This document shows positions 38,591-53,031 of a stretch of 64,000 nt of DNA, one piece after another. The stretch's first letter is position 1. Each line of letters begins with the position of its first letter. The position numbers were made by a program, and so were the translations under genes. The notes beneath the pieces are model-generated. The model saw only the letters and a program-made list of their open reading frames with translations, ran no database searches and was not told the origin of the DNA. Source of the DNA: Macrostomum lignano (lineage: Eukaryota); the NCBI GenBank assembly GCA_002269645.1, contig NIVC01003858.1, positions 9,509-73,508 of the forward strand. Reading direction: 5' to 3'.

Positions 38591-39721
38591 GCTATTGACA
38601 CTGGCTGTTTATAAAAAAAACTATTAAATTTCATATTGCTGATTTGACTCAACTCGAATACTCTAAGATAATGTTGTACTTGATCACAAGGTAATTGGTC
38701 AACTCAATCACTTCTTATCTGTTTAACCGCGTCAATGTGTCAAATAAAGTTCAGCTGTGAAATATCCAAGGACTACTCCAAGTAGAAGGACTGGGAAACT
38801 GAGGTTTTAACGAAGAAATATAATTTGGAGAACGAAGGTTGTATTTTTCAGCGCAAAAATTGTTCATCTTTTGATATGTCTTGCCTTTCTGCCTATCTGT
38901 CTGTTGATATTCATAAAGCTTCTCGTTTAGGAAATTAGGATTTTACATGTACATTAATTTTATATCCTATGTACAGGTCCTGTGCCAAAAAGGTCATAAA
39001 AGTTGACTCATTGATTTTATGAACCTATCTAACAAAATCTAACAGCTAGAATAGCCCGCGCTAATTTTTAGTTCCAGGTTCGAAATTAAGCCTAGGAATT
39101 ATTGAGCACAAACCTCCAATCAAGCGGCACTGGGCTACAATTAGTGAAGAAATGCCACTTTGAAAAGAGGTATTATATTCCCATCGACTGTGGCCTCAAA
39201 GAGAAGACTCACTCACCTGGGCCACCTGCAATTTAATGTCCTGAATCTAGCATTCGAATTTTTCTGCTAATTTCCCAAATCAAAGTGTCCATGCAGCTTT
39301 GCAAGTCATACATGTAATTATGAGTCTCTATCTCAAAGTAAAACGTCTGCAAGACTTAGGCTCTTCCTTTCCTCACAGTAATTTCTACCGGTAATTGCCG
39401 GCCTGCACATTCTGCTTGATATCTTGTCGATGATAATAAAACCCGGAAAAAAGTAGACATTCCCCCCCCCCTGACTTCGGGATTCTGAGTGCGTGTTATT
39501 AATTTGGATTCGGCCAGCTCAGCACTTGACCTAGAACTGGCGCTTGACTGCTGAGGACCCCCAGCTGTTCCCGAGATCGCATCGGACAGAGTGCAGCAGT
39601 GTGTGACAAATTTCTTCGAGGGTAAGGGCGGCTAGCTGCTCATCCGGGATTTCATGCCTCTCACCTCTAGCCTTGCGTGGGCTGGGTGTGATTAAGGCTG
39701 GTACGGTTCCTGCACTGATGA

Positions 39722-39777
39722 AGACAGACAGATAGGCAGACAGACAGACAAACAGACAGACAGACAAACAGACAGGC

Positions 39778-39819
<42 letters not shown>

Positions 39820-39848
39820 GCAGACAGACACACGGACACACAGACAGC

Positions 39849-39879
<31 letters not shown>

Positions 39880-39911
39880 GCAGACAGACAGACAGACAGA
39901 CACACGGACAC

Positions 39912-39950
<39 letters not shown>

Positions 39951-39970
39951 CACGGACACACAGACAGACA
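39722..39970. repeat. (CAGA)n microsatellite
   Basis: Direct reading. Confidence 0.93.
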
Positions 39971-40153
39971 AATAATACATGCAGCCATGTCCACCCAAGC
40001 GAGACAGTGGAGTAAAGACTCAGCCAGGGCAGATAAAGCAGAATGCATGATAATAAATAATGATTTGTTGCATTTGCAACTCCCCAGAGAAGTCAGGCAG
40101 CTTGTTTTGCGCAAAATCAAGCCAATTTGAACATCACGCTGCATTTGTGCCGG

Positions 40154-41394
40154 TGTTATGTTTTAGGATCTCCGGGGGTCCGGTCAGTTTCGGGTGTCCG
40201 GGGCGGAGACCCTAAACGGTTTAGGATCTCCGCCCGGAGACCCTAAACCGTTTAGGATCTCCCCTGGAGACTTCTAACGGTTATGGGTCTCCGGGGTAGG
40301 AGATCTGAAACCGTTTAAGGGTCTCCGGGGCATTTTCAGGTCTCCGCACCCGGAGATCTTAAACCAGTTTCTGATCTCCCCCAGGAGACTCTAAACCAGT
40401 TTCAGCTCTCCGTCAGGGCCGCAAAAACAAAGTCCTGGTTTAGGATCTCCGGTTTCCGATCTCCCCCCCCATTTGTGTAAAACCAATGGTCATGGTATTG
40501 AACGCGTACATGTATAAGAAGTGGAAAGGCATTTTTATCATCAACGTAGCATTAGTTTTATATGTATTTGCTCGCACAACTGTGTATTTAAATGGAAAAC
40601 TGTTTACTGTTAAAGTAATGAAGTAAATGTCCGCTTAGTGAAAAACCGGTGATGCACTTTCAGCCGGTGCTTGGAGGAAGCATTTCTTGAGGTGTTTCCC
40701 ATTGACACACCTGGTTAGTCCTCCTAGCCTGTACACGTTTTGACCAAGACACCTGGTCACGATGTAGACTTGCTGACTCCAAGTGTATCGCATCTTACCA
40801 CCCTTCCGATCGTCCCTGCGAAGATTGCGAAGCCTAACTCTGTCCCCTCGCTTCAGATCCTGAACCCCAGCTGCTCCCACGGTGTGACGCTTTCGCATCA
40901 TTTCCTGGGCCTGCTTGATCCTGCTGGAGATTAGCTTTCGCACTGCCGCTCGCTTCTTGTCTTTGACTGCAACAGAACGCCTATTGATTGCAGTGGGCTC
41001 AGGAACATCAGTTAGCGTTGCGGCATGCTCGCCAAGCAAAGGCTCAAAGCCAAAGGCGGCTCTGCAAAATGGCATGGCGCCTGCTTATATTCTACGGCAT
41101 AAACTTGCTGTTGACACCCACGTGACTTCCTTGCGAGTGAAGGCTGCGGATCTTATCCCGTACCTCTTCCTCTGTGAAAAGTACTCTGCGATGGTCTTCA
41201 GGCCGCATTCGCTGACTGTCGTCCTTATTAGTCACCCTGTAGTAAAGCGCTCCGTCATGGATGGAGAAACGCTTGCTCTTTTCTCTAATACGTCTTTTTA
41301 AGTTCGCCTTATCTTTGGCGTCCAATCTGGCTGGTACCTGCGTATATTCATTGTTTAGGACGTAGAAAAATATTTGATTGAGCGAAGCCATCAA
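40154..41394 (-). mobile_element. Ginger-like (Gypsy-integrase-type) DNA transposon derivative with DDE core deleted
   Basis: N-terminal ORF 41092-41394 (KANLKRRIREKSKRFSIHDGALYY..LH..GSHVGVN, zinc-finger half) abuts a C-terminal ORF 40635-41075 (PF..AFGFEP..GDRVRLRN..RKGGK..W..Y). The end at 40154 starts TGT after CCGG and has palindromic ggagaccctaaac/gtttaggatctcc repeats. Second terminus not found. Confidence 0.65.
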
Positions 41395-41434
41395 GCTTTG
41401 AAATGCAGAAATCGACGAAAATCACACAGCACAA

Positions 41435-41670
41435 GGAAAAGTCACGGGAAGGATAAGTCACTGGAAGGAAAAGTCACGGGAAGGATAAGTCACTGGAAGG
41501 AAAAGTCACGGGAAGGATAAGTCACTGGAAGGAAAAGTCACAGGAAGTAAAAGTCACGGGAAGTAAAAGGAAAAGTCACAGGAAGGAAAAAGTCTCAAAG
41601 AACGACAAGTCACGGAATGGGAAGTCTCAGGAAAGGACAAGTCACGGGAAGAGAAAAGTCTCTGGGAAGA
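41435..41670. repeat. ~32-bp purine-rich repeat (ggaaggaaaagtcacgggaaggataagtcact)
   Basis: Direct reading. Confidence 0.8.
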
Positions 41671-41861
41671 AAATGACGGGTGGCGGACAAAACTGTTAAA
41701 GAAACAAATCCTTTGCAAAGCAAGTGTAGGTCATGCTTGAGTACCCTTGAAAACCCTCAGACCAATGAGCAGCGACTAAACGAATCCAATCGCCTTATAA
41801 ATATCAAACATGCGACACCGAATAATGCCGAAAAAACAAACTCAGAAAGGAAAACAAGGTT

Positions 41862-43500
<1,639 letters not shown>

Positions 43501-45724
43501 AGGATCTGTTTTAAGGCCATAGATTTAATTCAATGTGAAACATAGAAAGACGTGTGAAAGATGCGCGGATCTTTCACAGATCAATGTGAAAGATAAAGTG
43601 AAAGATAAAATTGAATGTAAAAGATAGAAATTTAATGTGAAAAAATATTATATAAAATATGTGTGTATCCTGCTGCACTTTAATTAAGCGACATTGTCAC
43701 ACAACCGGCGAGAGGCATCACTGCCCATTCCGCAGATTTCCCTGAGCAGGCCGCACACAAGCGCGCGGATGTACACTGCAGTATGCTGCGTACTGAATAT
43801 AGTCTATACCTGTTGTCTCATGTTTTATCAACAAGAAATCTGTCTGTTTTTAGTTTGTACTGTTATCAGACCAGAAGGCGGTCGACCTCGTGTAAGAAAT
43901 TATTTTAAGAAAGAGGAATGATTTCTTTGTTGTTACCGACCACTTAATTAACTTTTTCTTTTCGTCCTCACCTTCAGTTAATTACAATAGCAACAGCAAA
44001 AATCCAACATCTCAAAATGTCTGTAATCGTGAAATTATTGCAATTTAACCCTTGCACACAAGTTTGTAACCAAACCATGTATAATGTATACCAGTACAGC
44101 AAATTGATTACATTATTAATTACTTATTACATTATCTTGTGAGACATTCAGTCATTTTAATGGTCTCTCTAATTAGACGATAAGTTTAATTGTACTTTTT
44201 TCAACTCGAAATATACTATTAAACATTTTGAAGAATCGTTCAGAAGGACTCGTATTAAAGGCGAAACCAATGCTATATTTTCCCTGCAGTCTATGTACTT
44301 TATTGTCAAAGGACACGATTGCCTTGAATAGGATTACTTTTACTTGCTCCGTAATCCATCATACAGGAAACAAATTTATCAATTGCAGTTACGAGCATAA
44401 AAGTAACGGTGCAAAAAGCTAATCTACTTTTGTTAAGGCGATTATATAAATAAATGGCTTACTCTGCGACCGCAACTCCCGTGCAATTTACCTGTAGTGC
44501 TAGGCCACTTTATACGAGTCGTAATTTGATACCTAGTACGCTGATAACTCCTAGTTAGCTTTGTACATTAATACCCAAAGAGGACATAACCCAATGGTCT
44601 AGTGGGGCGCTCTGATGTGCCAGCGGCCCAGGCTCGATTCCCAGTGTAGTCACATTAATCCTATCCTCTTAATACTAAAAGTGGTGCGATGTTTGTTTGT
44701 GTGTTGCAATTTTTCTCCTAAACTACTGGCAAGTCAGCGTTGAAACTTATATGGGAAAACTGCAAATTTTCCGGATTGGGTTTATAGCTATTTTAATCTT
44801 TCATTTTTACATTTTAAGATCCCTAAAAAAGCAGAAAACTGTTTTTTTAACCCTCAATAACCTTCTTTGGCCACTCTGCCTGGGGCTGCTGCCAGTTTGT
44901 AAAAATAGCCACCCCAACCTCCGCCCGCGGGCCGCCGTGTATTGAGGGGTGGTGGGTGCGCGTGTTCCGCGTTCAATGCAAATAACCCCCCCGCGTGTTG
45001 GGGGGTTCAATTAAATTTAACGATTCCCCCGGAATGGGAGGGGGTTGGGCTTGGGCTGAGTGTACATAGCAGTTGTACAGTGTAAGGAGATAGCTAGGAC
45101 TGTGTCGAGATTTAATTGGTTTTATTATCGGCGGCATTCAATAGGCAGCCATGTGTATTTGCTGGGCAGTAAAATTTAATGAATAAACTTGCGAGCCTCT
45201 TTAGCAGGCTGTGAACGTACACTCGATACTTTAATGCTTTAAATCAGGAAATTTCAAGCGCTAACTGTTCCTCGAGTTTTAAACTTTCAGAGGAGAGACT
45301 TATATTACTGGAAAGATCTTGCAATACTGAGTTCGGGGATATAAGTTATTTGCTTTAAATGTGAAAACAAAAAGCACAGCATTTAAAAAACGATTTCCAT
45401 ACTTTTAACTTTCGGCAGTGTACTCATTTTGGAGTTCAATGATGGTTCGACCAACCCCCAACAGTTGGTGGGAGGGGGGGTTCAACTTTTAATTGCCACT
45501 GCGTATTGGAAGGGGGTCAGTCGCTGTGTATTGGAGGGTTGATTTAGTTTGCGCAATATTTTTGTTAACTTTTACCGAGACTGATACTGACTGACTGTGA
45601 AATCGGTTGCGCATTCAATTAATTCAACACGCTGCTGCGTTGTAGCTCTAACCCTAACCCTAACCCTAACCCTAACCACTAAATCCTGAGAGTTGATTCT
45701 TTTTTACGGAGAAAATTTCGATTC

Positions 45725-46130
45725 AGTCCAGTTTAATGGAGAGAATTTCTGTTTCGCGGAGACGATTTTGATGGATGTCAGTTTCACGGAGAGGATTTCC
45801 ATGGAGTCCAGTTTCACGGAGAGGATTTCTGTTTCTCGGAGGGGATTTTGATGAATGTCAGTTTCACGGAGAGGATTTCCATGGAGTCCAGTTTCACGGA
45901 GAGGATTTCCATGGAGTCCAGTTTCACGGAGAGGATTTCTGTTTCTCGGAGGGGATTTTGATGAATGTCAGTTTCACGGAGAGGATTTCCATGGAGTCCA
46001 GTTTCACGGAGAGGATTTCTATTTCTCGGAGGGGATTTTGATGAATGTCAGTTTCACGGAGAGGTGTTTGATGGAGTTCTCTTTTACGGAGAAGATTTCG
46101 ATGATGTTCAGTTTCGCGGAGAGGAGTTGG
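45725..46130. repeat. Minisatellite (ccagtttcacggagaggattt variants) next to a short (CCCTAA)n tract at 45648-45677
   Basis: Direct reading; probably the interior of a non-autonomous element. Confidence 0.8.
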
Positions 46131-46819
46131 ATGATGGGATTCAGGGAATGGCATTTCAGGGAATGGAGTACCGGTAATGGGAATTCTTCCCCTTTCTCCT
46201 CCAGAGGAGGAGTTGGCCTCGTATATACTAAAAATGAGTTGTCTGTATGTATCTATCTAGCTATGCGATAGATTTCAGAAAAAATGGCTCAACCGATTTT
46301 CTTCAAACTTGCACCATTCGATCAGAAATTTTCCTGGGACGGTACATGCATCTTGGCTAAGAAATTGCTCAGTATTAAAGGGATTAAATATTCGAAAAAC
46401 AAGCTTTTTGAAAAGGTCAAGCAAACTTTTCGACTTGAAATGCATTGTAAGAATGCTAGATAAAAACCTGACTGACTGAATTTCAATTCTGATAAAGATT
46501 GCATCACAACAAGTTGAAAACAGTGCCGAAGAAATGCACACACAACTTGATTGAAATTGCGTAACCATATTGCTAACTTAAATTGAGACTGATACTGGCT
46601 GACTGAGAAATTGATTATGTCATAACTTTTTACTCTAACCGACTTGCTGTAAGAATTGAATTATAAGGGCCACAATTCATGTTCTCCAATTGACAAGAGA
46701 TAGTCTAGATGCGAACAGACTGGACTGCTAATGCAGCGACCTGGGTTCGAATCATAGTAGTGCAAAAAGATTATTTTATTAAAACACCTTAAAAACAAAA
46801 TGCTAAACACAAAAAAGCA

Positions 46820-48330
46820 CAATTTCAAACATTAAAGAGCCACCATGTCGAACATATACGTGACTCCATGTCTAACATAAAAGAGCCACCATGTTTAACA
46901 TTAAAGAGCCACCATGTTGAACATTAAAGAGCCACCATGTCTAACATTAAAGAGCCATCATGTCGAACATTAGACCCACCATGTCGAACATTAAAGAGCA
47001 ACCATGTCTAACATTATAGAGCCACCATTTCTAACATTAAAGAGCCACCATGTCGAACATTAAAGAGCCACCATGTCAAAGATTAAAGAGCCACCATGTC
47101 AAATATAAAAGAGCCACCATTTCAAACATTAAAGAGCCATCATTACATTAAGGTGCCACCAGGTCAAACATTAAAGAGCCACCATGTCTAACATTAACGA
47201 GTCACCATGTCAAGTATATTCGTGACTCCATGTCAAACATAAAAGAGCCAACACGTCAAACATTAAAGAGCCACCATTTCTTACATTAAGGAGCCACCAT
47301 GTCGAACATTAAAGAGCCACCATGTCCAACATTAAAGAGCCACCATGTCCAACATATATGTGACTTTATGTCAAACATTAAAGAGCCACCATGTCGAACA
47401 TTATAGAGCCACCATGTCGAACATTAAAGAGTTACCATGTCGAACATTATAGAGCCACCATGTCGAACATTAAAGAGCCATCATTACAGACATTAAGGTG
47501 CCACCAGGTCAAACATTAAAGAGCCACCATGTCTACCATTAACGAGTCACCATGTCAAGTATATTTGTGACTCCATGTCAAACATCCAAGAGCCATCATG
47601 CCAAACATTAAAGAGCCACCATGTCGAAAATAAAAAAGCCACCATGTAGAACATTAAAGAGCCATCATGTCAAACATAAAAGAGCCACCCTGTCCAAAAT
47701 TAAAGAGCCACCATGTCAAACATAAAAGGACCAACTTGTCAAACATTAAAGAGCCACCATGTCAAGCATAAAAGGACCAACATGTCGAACATTAAAGAGC
47801 CACCATGTCAAAAATTAAAGAGCCACCATGTCAAACATTAAAGAGCCACCATGTCAAATATTAAAGAGCCACCATTTCAAACATTAAAGAGCCATCATTA
47901 CATTAAGGTGCCACCAGGCCAAACATTAAAGAGCCAGTATGTCTAACATTAACGAGTCACCATGTCAAGTATATTCGTGACTCCATGTCGAACATCAAAG
48001 AGCCATCATGTCAAACATAAAAGAGCCACCATGTCGAACATATATGTGGCTCCATGTCAAACAGTAAAGAGCCACCATGTCAAGCATAAAAGAGCCACCA
48101 TGTCGAACATTAAAGAGCCACCATGTCAAACATTAAAGAGCCACCATGTCAAACATTAAAGAGCCACCATGTCAAACACTCAAGAGCCACCATGCCAAAC
48201 GTAAAAGAGCCACCATGTAGAACATAAAAGAGCCACCATGTCAAACATTAAAGAGCCACCATGTCAAACATTAAAGAGCCACCATGTCAAACATTAAAGA
48301 GCCACCATGTCAAACATAAAAGATACACAA
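46820..48330. repeat. 23-bp minisatellite (tcaaacattaaagagccaccatg) inside Helitron copy 1; also 49400-51090 and 51300-51700
   Basis: Period 23 (48241, 48264). Confidence 0.95.
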
Positions 48331-48419
48331 TTTCAAAAGTAAAAGTAAGCGTCATGCCAATTTTAAAGGAGCCACTATAGAGCTAAGAAAATTGTTGCAC
48401 TAGCTACTTATTGTCTGGT

Positions 48420-48650
48420 GGGTGCTTACTATTTGGGGATGCTTGCTATCTGGGGGATGCTTGCTATCTGGGAGGGGGATGCTTGCTGTCTGGGGGTGCT
48501 TGCTATTTGAGGGATGCTTGCTATCGGGAGGATGCTTGCTATCTGGGGGATGCTTGCTATTTGGGGGATGCTTGCTATTTGGGGGATGCTTGCTATCTGG
48601 GGGATGCTTGCTATCTGGGGGATGTTTGCTATCTGGGGGATGCTTGCTGT
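48420..48650. repeat. 18-bp minisatellite (gggggatgcttgctatct) inside Helitron; also 51195-51295 and 51800-51930
   Basis: Direct reading. Confidence 0.92.
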
Positions 48651-48797
48651 CTTGGGATGATTTCTTTTTGCATTGCACTTTATTTGAGCAGTTTGTCTGT
48701 TGTCTTTGTGAAGGCTTTATTTGGCTGTCTTTTTGTGACTTGTAGAGAACAGAGATTCTATCTAGATGTCCCCCAACGGGGGGGCGAAGATTGCTAG

Positions 48798-51700
48798 TCC
48801 TATATACTAAAAATGAGTTGTCTGTGGGTAGGTAGGTATGCGATAGATTTCAGAAAAAATGGCTCAACCGATTTTCTTCAAACTTGCACCATTCAATCAG
48901 AAATTTTCCTGGGACGGTACATGCATCTTGGCTAAGAAATTGCTCAATATTAAAGGGATTAAATATTCGAAAAACATGCTTTTTTGCAAAGGTCAAGCAA
49001 ACTTTTCGACTTGAAATGCATTGTAAGAATGCTAGATAAAAACCTGACTGACTGAATTTCAATTCTGATAAAGATTGCATCACAACAAGTTGAAAACAGT
49101 GCCGAAGAAATGCACACACAACTTGATTGAAATTGCGTAACAATATTGCTAACTTAAATTGACACTGATACTGGCTGACTGAGAAATTGATTATGTCATA
49201 ACTTTTTACACTAACCGACTTGCTGTAAGTATTGAATTATAAGGGCCACAATTCATGTTCTCCAATTGATAAGAGATAGTCTAGATGCGAACAGACTGGA
49301 CTGCTAATGTAGCGACCTGGGTTCGAATCTTAGTAGTGCAAAAAGATTATTTTATTAAAACACCTAAACAACACAAAATGCTAAACACAAAAAAAGCACA
49401 ATGTCAAACATTAAAGAGCCACCATGTCGAACATATATGTGACTCCATGTCGAACATTAAAGAGCCACCATGTCGAACATATATGTGACTCCATGTTGAA
49501 CATTAAAGAGCCATCATGTCCAACATTAAAGAGCCACCATGTCAAACATTAAAGAGCCACCATGTCGAACACACAAGAGCCACCTTGTCAAACATAAAAG
49601 AGCCACCATATCGAACATAAAAGAGTTACCATGTCAAACATTAAAGAGCCACCATGTCAAACATTAAAGAGCCACAATTTCGAACATTAAAAAAGCCACC
49701 ATGTAGAATATTAAAGAGCCACTATGTCGAACATTAAAAAGCCACCATGTCCAACATTAAAGAGCCACCTTGTCAAATATTAGAGAGCCACCATTTCAAA
49801 CCTAAAAGAGCCACCATGTCGAACATACAAGAGCCACCATGTAGAACATAAAAGAGTCACCATGTCAAACATTAAAGAGCCACAATGTCAAACATTAAAG
49901 AGCCACCATGTCAAACATAAAAAGCCACCATGTCAAACATAAAAGAGCCACCATGAAAAACATTAAAGAGCCACCATGTCGAACATTAAAGAGCTAGCAT
50001 GTAGAACATAAAGGAGTCACCATGTCAAACATTAAAGAGCCACAATGTCAAACATTAAAGAGCCACCATGTCCAACATAAAAAGCCACCATGTCAAACAT
50101 AAAAGAGCCACCATGAAGAACATTAGAGAGCCACCATGTCGTACATTAAAGAGCCACCATGTCGAACATTAAAAAACCACCATGTCAAGCATAAAAGAGC
50201 CACCATGTCGAACATAAAAGAGCCACCATGTCGAAAATTAGAGCCACCATTTCAAACATTAAAGAGGCACAATGTCGAACATTAAAGAGCCACCATGTCG
50301 AACATATATGGGACTCCATGTCAAACAGTAAAGAGCCACCATGTCCAACATAAAAGAACCACCATGTCAAACATAAAAGAGCCACAATGTCAAACATAAA
50401 AGAGCCACCATGTCAAACATTAAAGAGCCACCATGTCAAACATTAAAGAGCCACCATGTCAAACATAAAAGAGCCACCATGTCGAACATTAAAGCGACCC
50501 CATGCCAGACATAAAAAACCCGAATCAAACATAAAAGAGCTACCATGTAGAACATAAAAGAGCCACGATGTCAACATAAAAGAGCCACCATGTCCAACAT
50601 AAAAGAGCCACCATGTCAAACATTAAAGAGCCACAATGTCAAACATTAAAGAGGCACCATGTAGAACATAAAAGAACCACCATGTCCAACATAAAAGAGC
50701 CACCATGTCAAACATTAAAGAGCCACAATGTCAAACATTAAAGAGGCACCATGTAGAACATAAAAGAACCACCATGTCAAACATTAAATAGCCACCATGT
50801 CAAACATTAAAGCGCCACTATGTCAAACATTAAAGAGCCACCATGTCGAACATTAAAGAGTCACTATGTCAAACACTAAAGAGCCACCCTGTCAAACATA
50901 AAAGAGCCACCATGTAGAACATAAAAAGCCACCATGTCAAACATTAAAGAGCCACCATGTCAAACATAAAAGAGCCACCCTGTCGAACATAAAAGAGCCA
51001 CCATGCTAAACGTAAAAGAGCCACCATATAGAACGTAAAAGAGCCACCATGTCAAACATTAAAGAGCCACCATGTCAAACATAAAAGATACACAATTTCA
51101 AACGTAAAAGTAAGCGTCAAGCCAATTTTAAAGGAGCCAGTATAGAGCTAAGAAAATTGTTGCACTAGCTACTTATTGTCTAGTGGATGCTTACTATTTG
51201 GGGATGCTTGCTATCTGGGGGATGCTTGCTATCTGGGAGTGGGGATGCTTGCTATCTGGGGGATGCTTGCTATCTGGGGGATGCTTGCTATCTGGGGAAA
51301 TATTAAAGAGCCACTATGTCGAACATTAAAGAGCCACCATGTCGAACATAAAAGAGCCACCATGCCAAACATAAAAGAGCCCCCATGTCGAACATTAAAG
51401 AGCCAGCATGCCAAACATAGAAGAGCCACCATGTCGAACATAAAAGAGCCACCATGCCAAACATAAAAGAGCCACCATGTCATACATAAAAGAGCCACCA
51501 CGCCAAACATAAAAGAGCCACCATGTCGAACATTAAAGAGCCACCATGCCAAACATAAAAGAGCTACCCTGTCGAACATAAAAGAGCCACCATGCCAAAC
51601 GTAAAAGAGCCACTATGTAGAACATAAAATAGCCACAATGTCAAACATTAAAGAGCCACCATGTAGAACATAAAAGAGCCACCATGTCAAACATAAAAGA

Positions 51701-52078
51701 TACACAATTTAAAACGTATAAGTAAGCGTCATGCCAATTTTAAAGGAGCCACTATAGAGCTAAGGAAATTGTTGCATTAGCTACTTATTGTCTGGTGGAT
51801 GCTTGCTATTTGGGGATGCTTGCTATCTGGGGGATGCTTGCTATCTGGGGGATGCTTGCAATCTGGGGGATGCTTGCAATCTGGGGGATGCTTGCTATCT
51901 GGGGGATGCTTGCTATCTGGGGATGCTTGCTGTCTTGGGATGATTTCTTTTTGCATTGCACTTTATTTGAGCAGTTTGTCTGTTGTCTTTGTGAAGGCTT
52001 TATTTGGCTGTCTTTTTGTTACTTGTAGATAACAGAGATTCTATCCAGATGTCCCCCAACGGGGGCGAAGATTGCTAG
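48798..52078 (+). mobile_element. Non-autonomous Helitron-like element, copy 2, fused head-to-tail to copy 1, with an internal duplication
   Basis: Junction CTAG|TC-ctatatactaaaaatgag; ends with hairpin + CTAG|T at 52075-52079. The [23-bp array, spacer, 18-bp array] block occurs twice. Confidence 0.72.
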
Positions 52079-52410
52079 TTTGGGGCTAAATTGGAATCTC
52101 GGCTTGGCTCTGCTCGTGCAATTATAGTCCAGCTTGAGGGTCAACCCCCAAGGCACAAGGCATTAAGTTAGGGCCACTGTAACACTCCTGTGTGAGTGTG
52201 TGCCTGTGCGTATGACTGCGTACGTACATGTATCCGCACGCTTGTGTGCCTGCTCAGGGGAGTCGGCGGAATGGGCAGCAATGCCTCTCGCCGGTTGTGC
52301 GACAATGTCGCTTAAAGTGCGCCAGGGTGCACACAGTCTTCCTGCATCTAACAAAAAAATACATAAGAGGTACGTCAATATTCAATATCCATTTCAATGG
52401 CTTTGACCTA

Positions 52411-53031
52411 TACTCAGCAACAGTCAAAAGTTCCACCCCACTAAGCGAGATGATTTTTTCACTTATTGCGAGTGACGCAACCTACGGCATGCGCAAAGCT
52501 TATTGCCGCTTGGGGGTGACTTGGGTCTGCTTAATGGTCCAAGGCCTGCATGGGCATTAAGCAGACCCAAGCCCAGGAACAACGCCCCGCCACACCAAGC
52601 CGATGCAGTTAGTCAACTGAAGGAACAGCTACAGCTGCGCACTCTGCGCTGGCCTTCCCGGTCCCCAGACATGAATCCCATCGAGCATGTCTGGGACTTC
52701 CTAGAACGTACCATTCGAAAAGAGAATCCACCATAGAATGTTGCGGAGAGCTCTGCGTCATGCCATTGAAAACGCTTCGGAGCGGCTTTACCAGGACTTT
52801 CTGCTCCGCATCATCATTGGGATGCCCCGCAGAATCGTCGCACTTCTGCGTGCGAGGGGATCCCACACGCATCGCGATTCTAACTGAATATTGCATAAAA
52901 AATTTATGATTTTACTGATAGTCAATCAACTTTCCCTTCCTCGCGGCGGCTTAGTTGCGTAACTTGAGGGTGAATTGTGAGTGTGAAGTTTTCGCAATTT
53001 GGAGGGAGGAACTTTTGACTGTTGCTGAGTA
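52411..53031 (+). mobile_element. Internally deleted Tc1-family transposon (621 bp)
   Basis: Perfect 24-bp TIRs tactcagcaacagtcaaaagttcc (52411-52434 / 53008-53031) with TA on both sides. Transposase C-terminus: (N)NAPPH..WPSRSPDMNPIEHVWD with DD34E spacing, then MPRRIVALLRARG. Confidence 0.9.

Larger units (their letters stand above)
46219..48797 (+). mobile_element. Non-autonomous Helitron-like element, copy 1
   Basis: 5' TC-gtatatactaaaaatgag, a short tgtc/tatc microsatellite and the ggctcaaccgatttt motif; 3' ccccc-aac-ggggg hairpin ~9 nt before CTAG (48794-48797). The 5' flank is C rather than the usual A. Confidence 0.7.

Noticed and set aside
44593-44653. tRNA/SINE head (tggtctagtgg...ggctcgattccc)
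   Set aside because: It has A/B-box-like motifs only, with no cloverleaf and no second copy to support it.
45648-45677. (CCCTAA)n as a telomere or fusion scar
   Set aside because: Only about 5 units, embedded in a repeat element; too short to support this.
46275-46568. Duplicated ~97-aa ORFs (also 48850-49143)
   Set aside because: They are antisense to the Helitron-like head, with no domain motif and no splice context.
46695-46760. Functional tRNA gene
   Set aside because: The acceptor and D stems do not pair; it is kept only as a tRNA-derived fragment.
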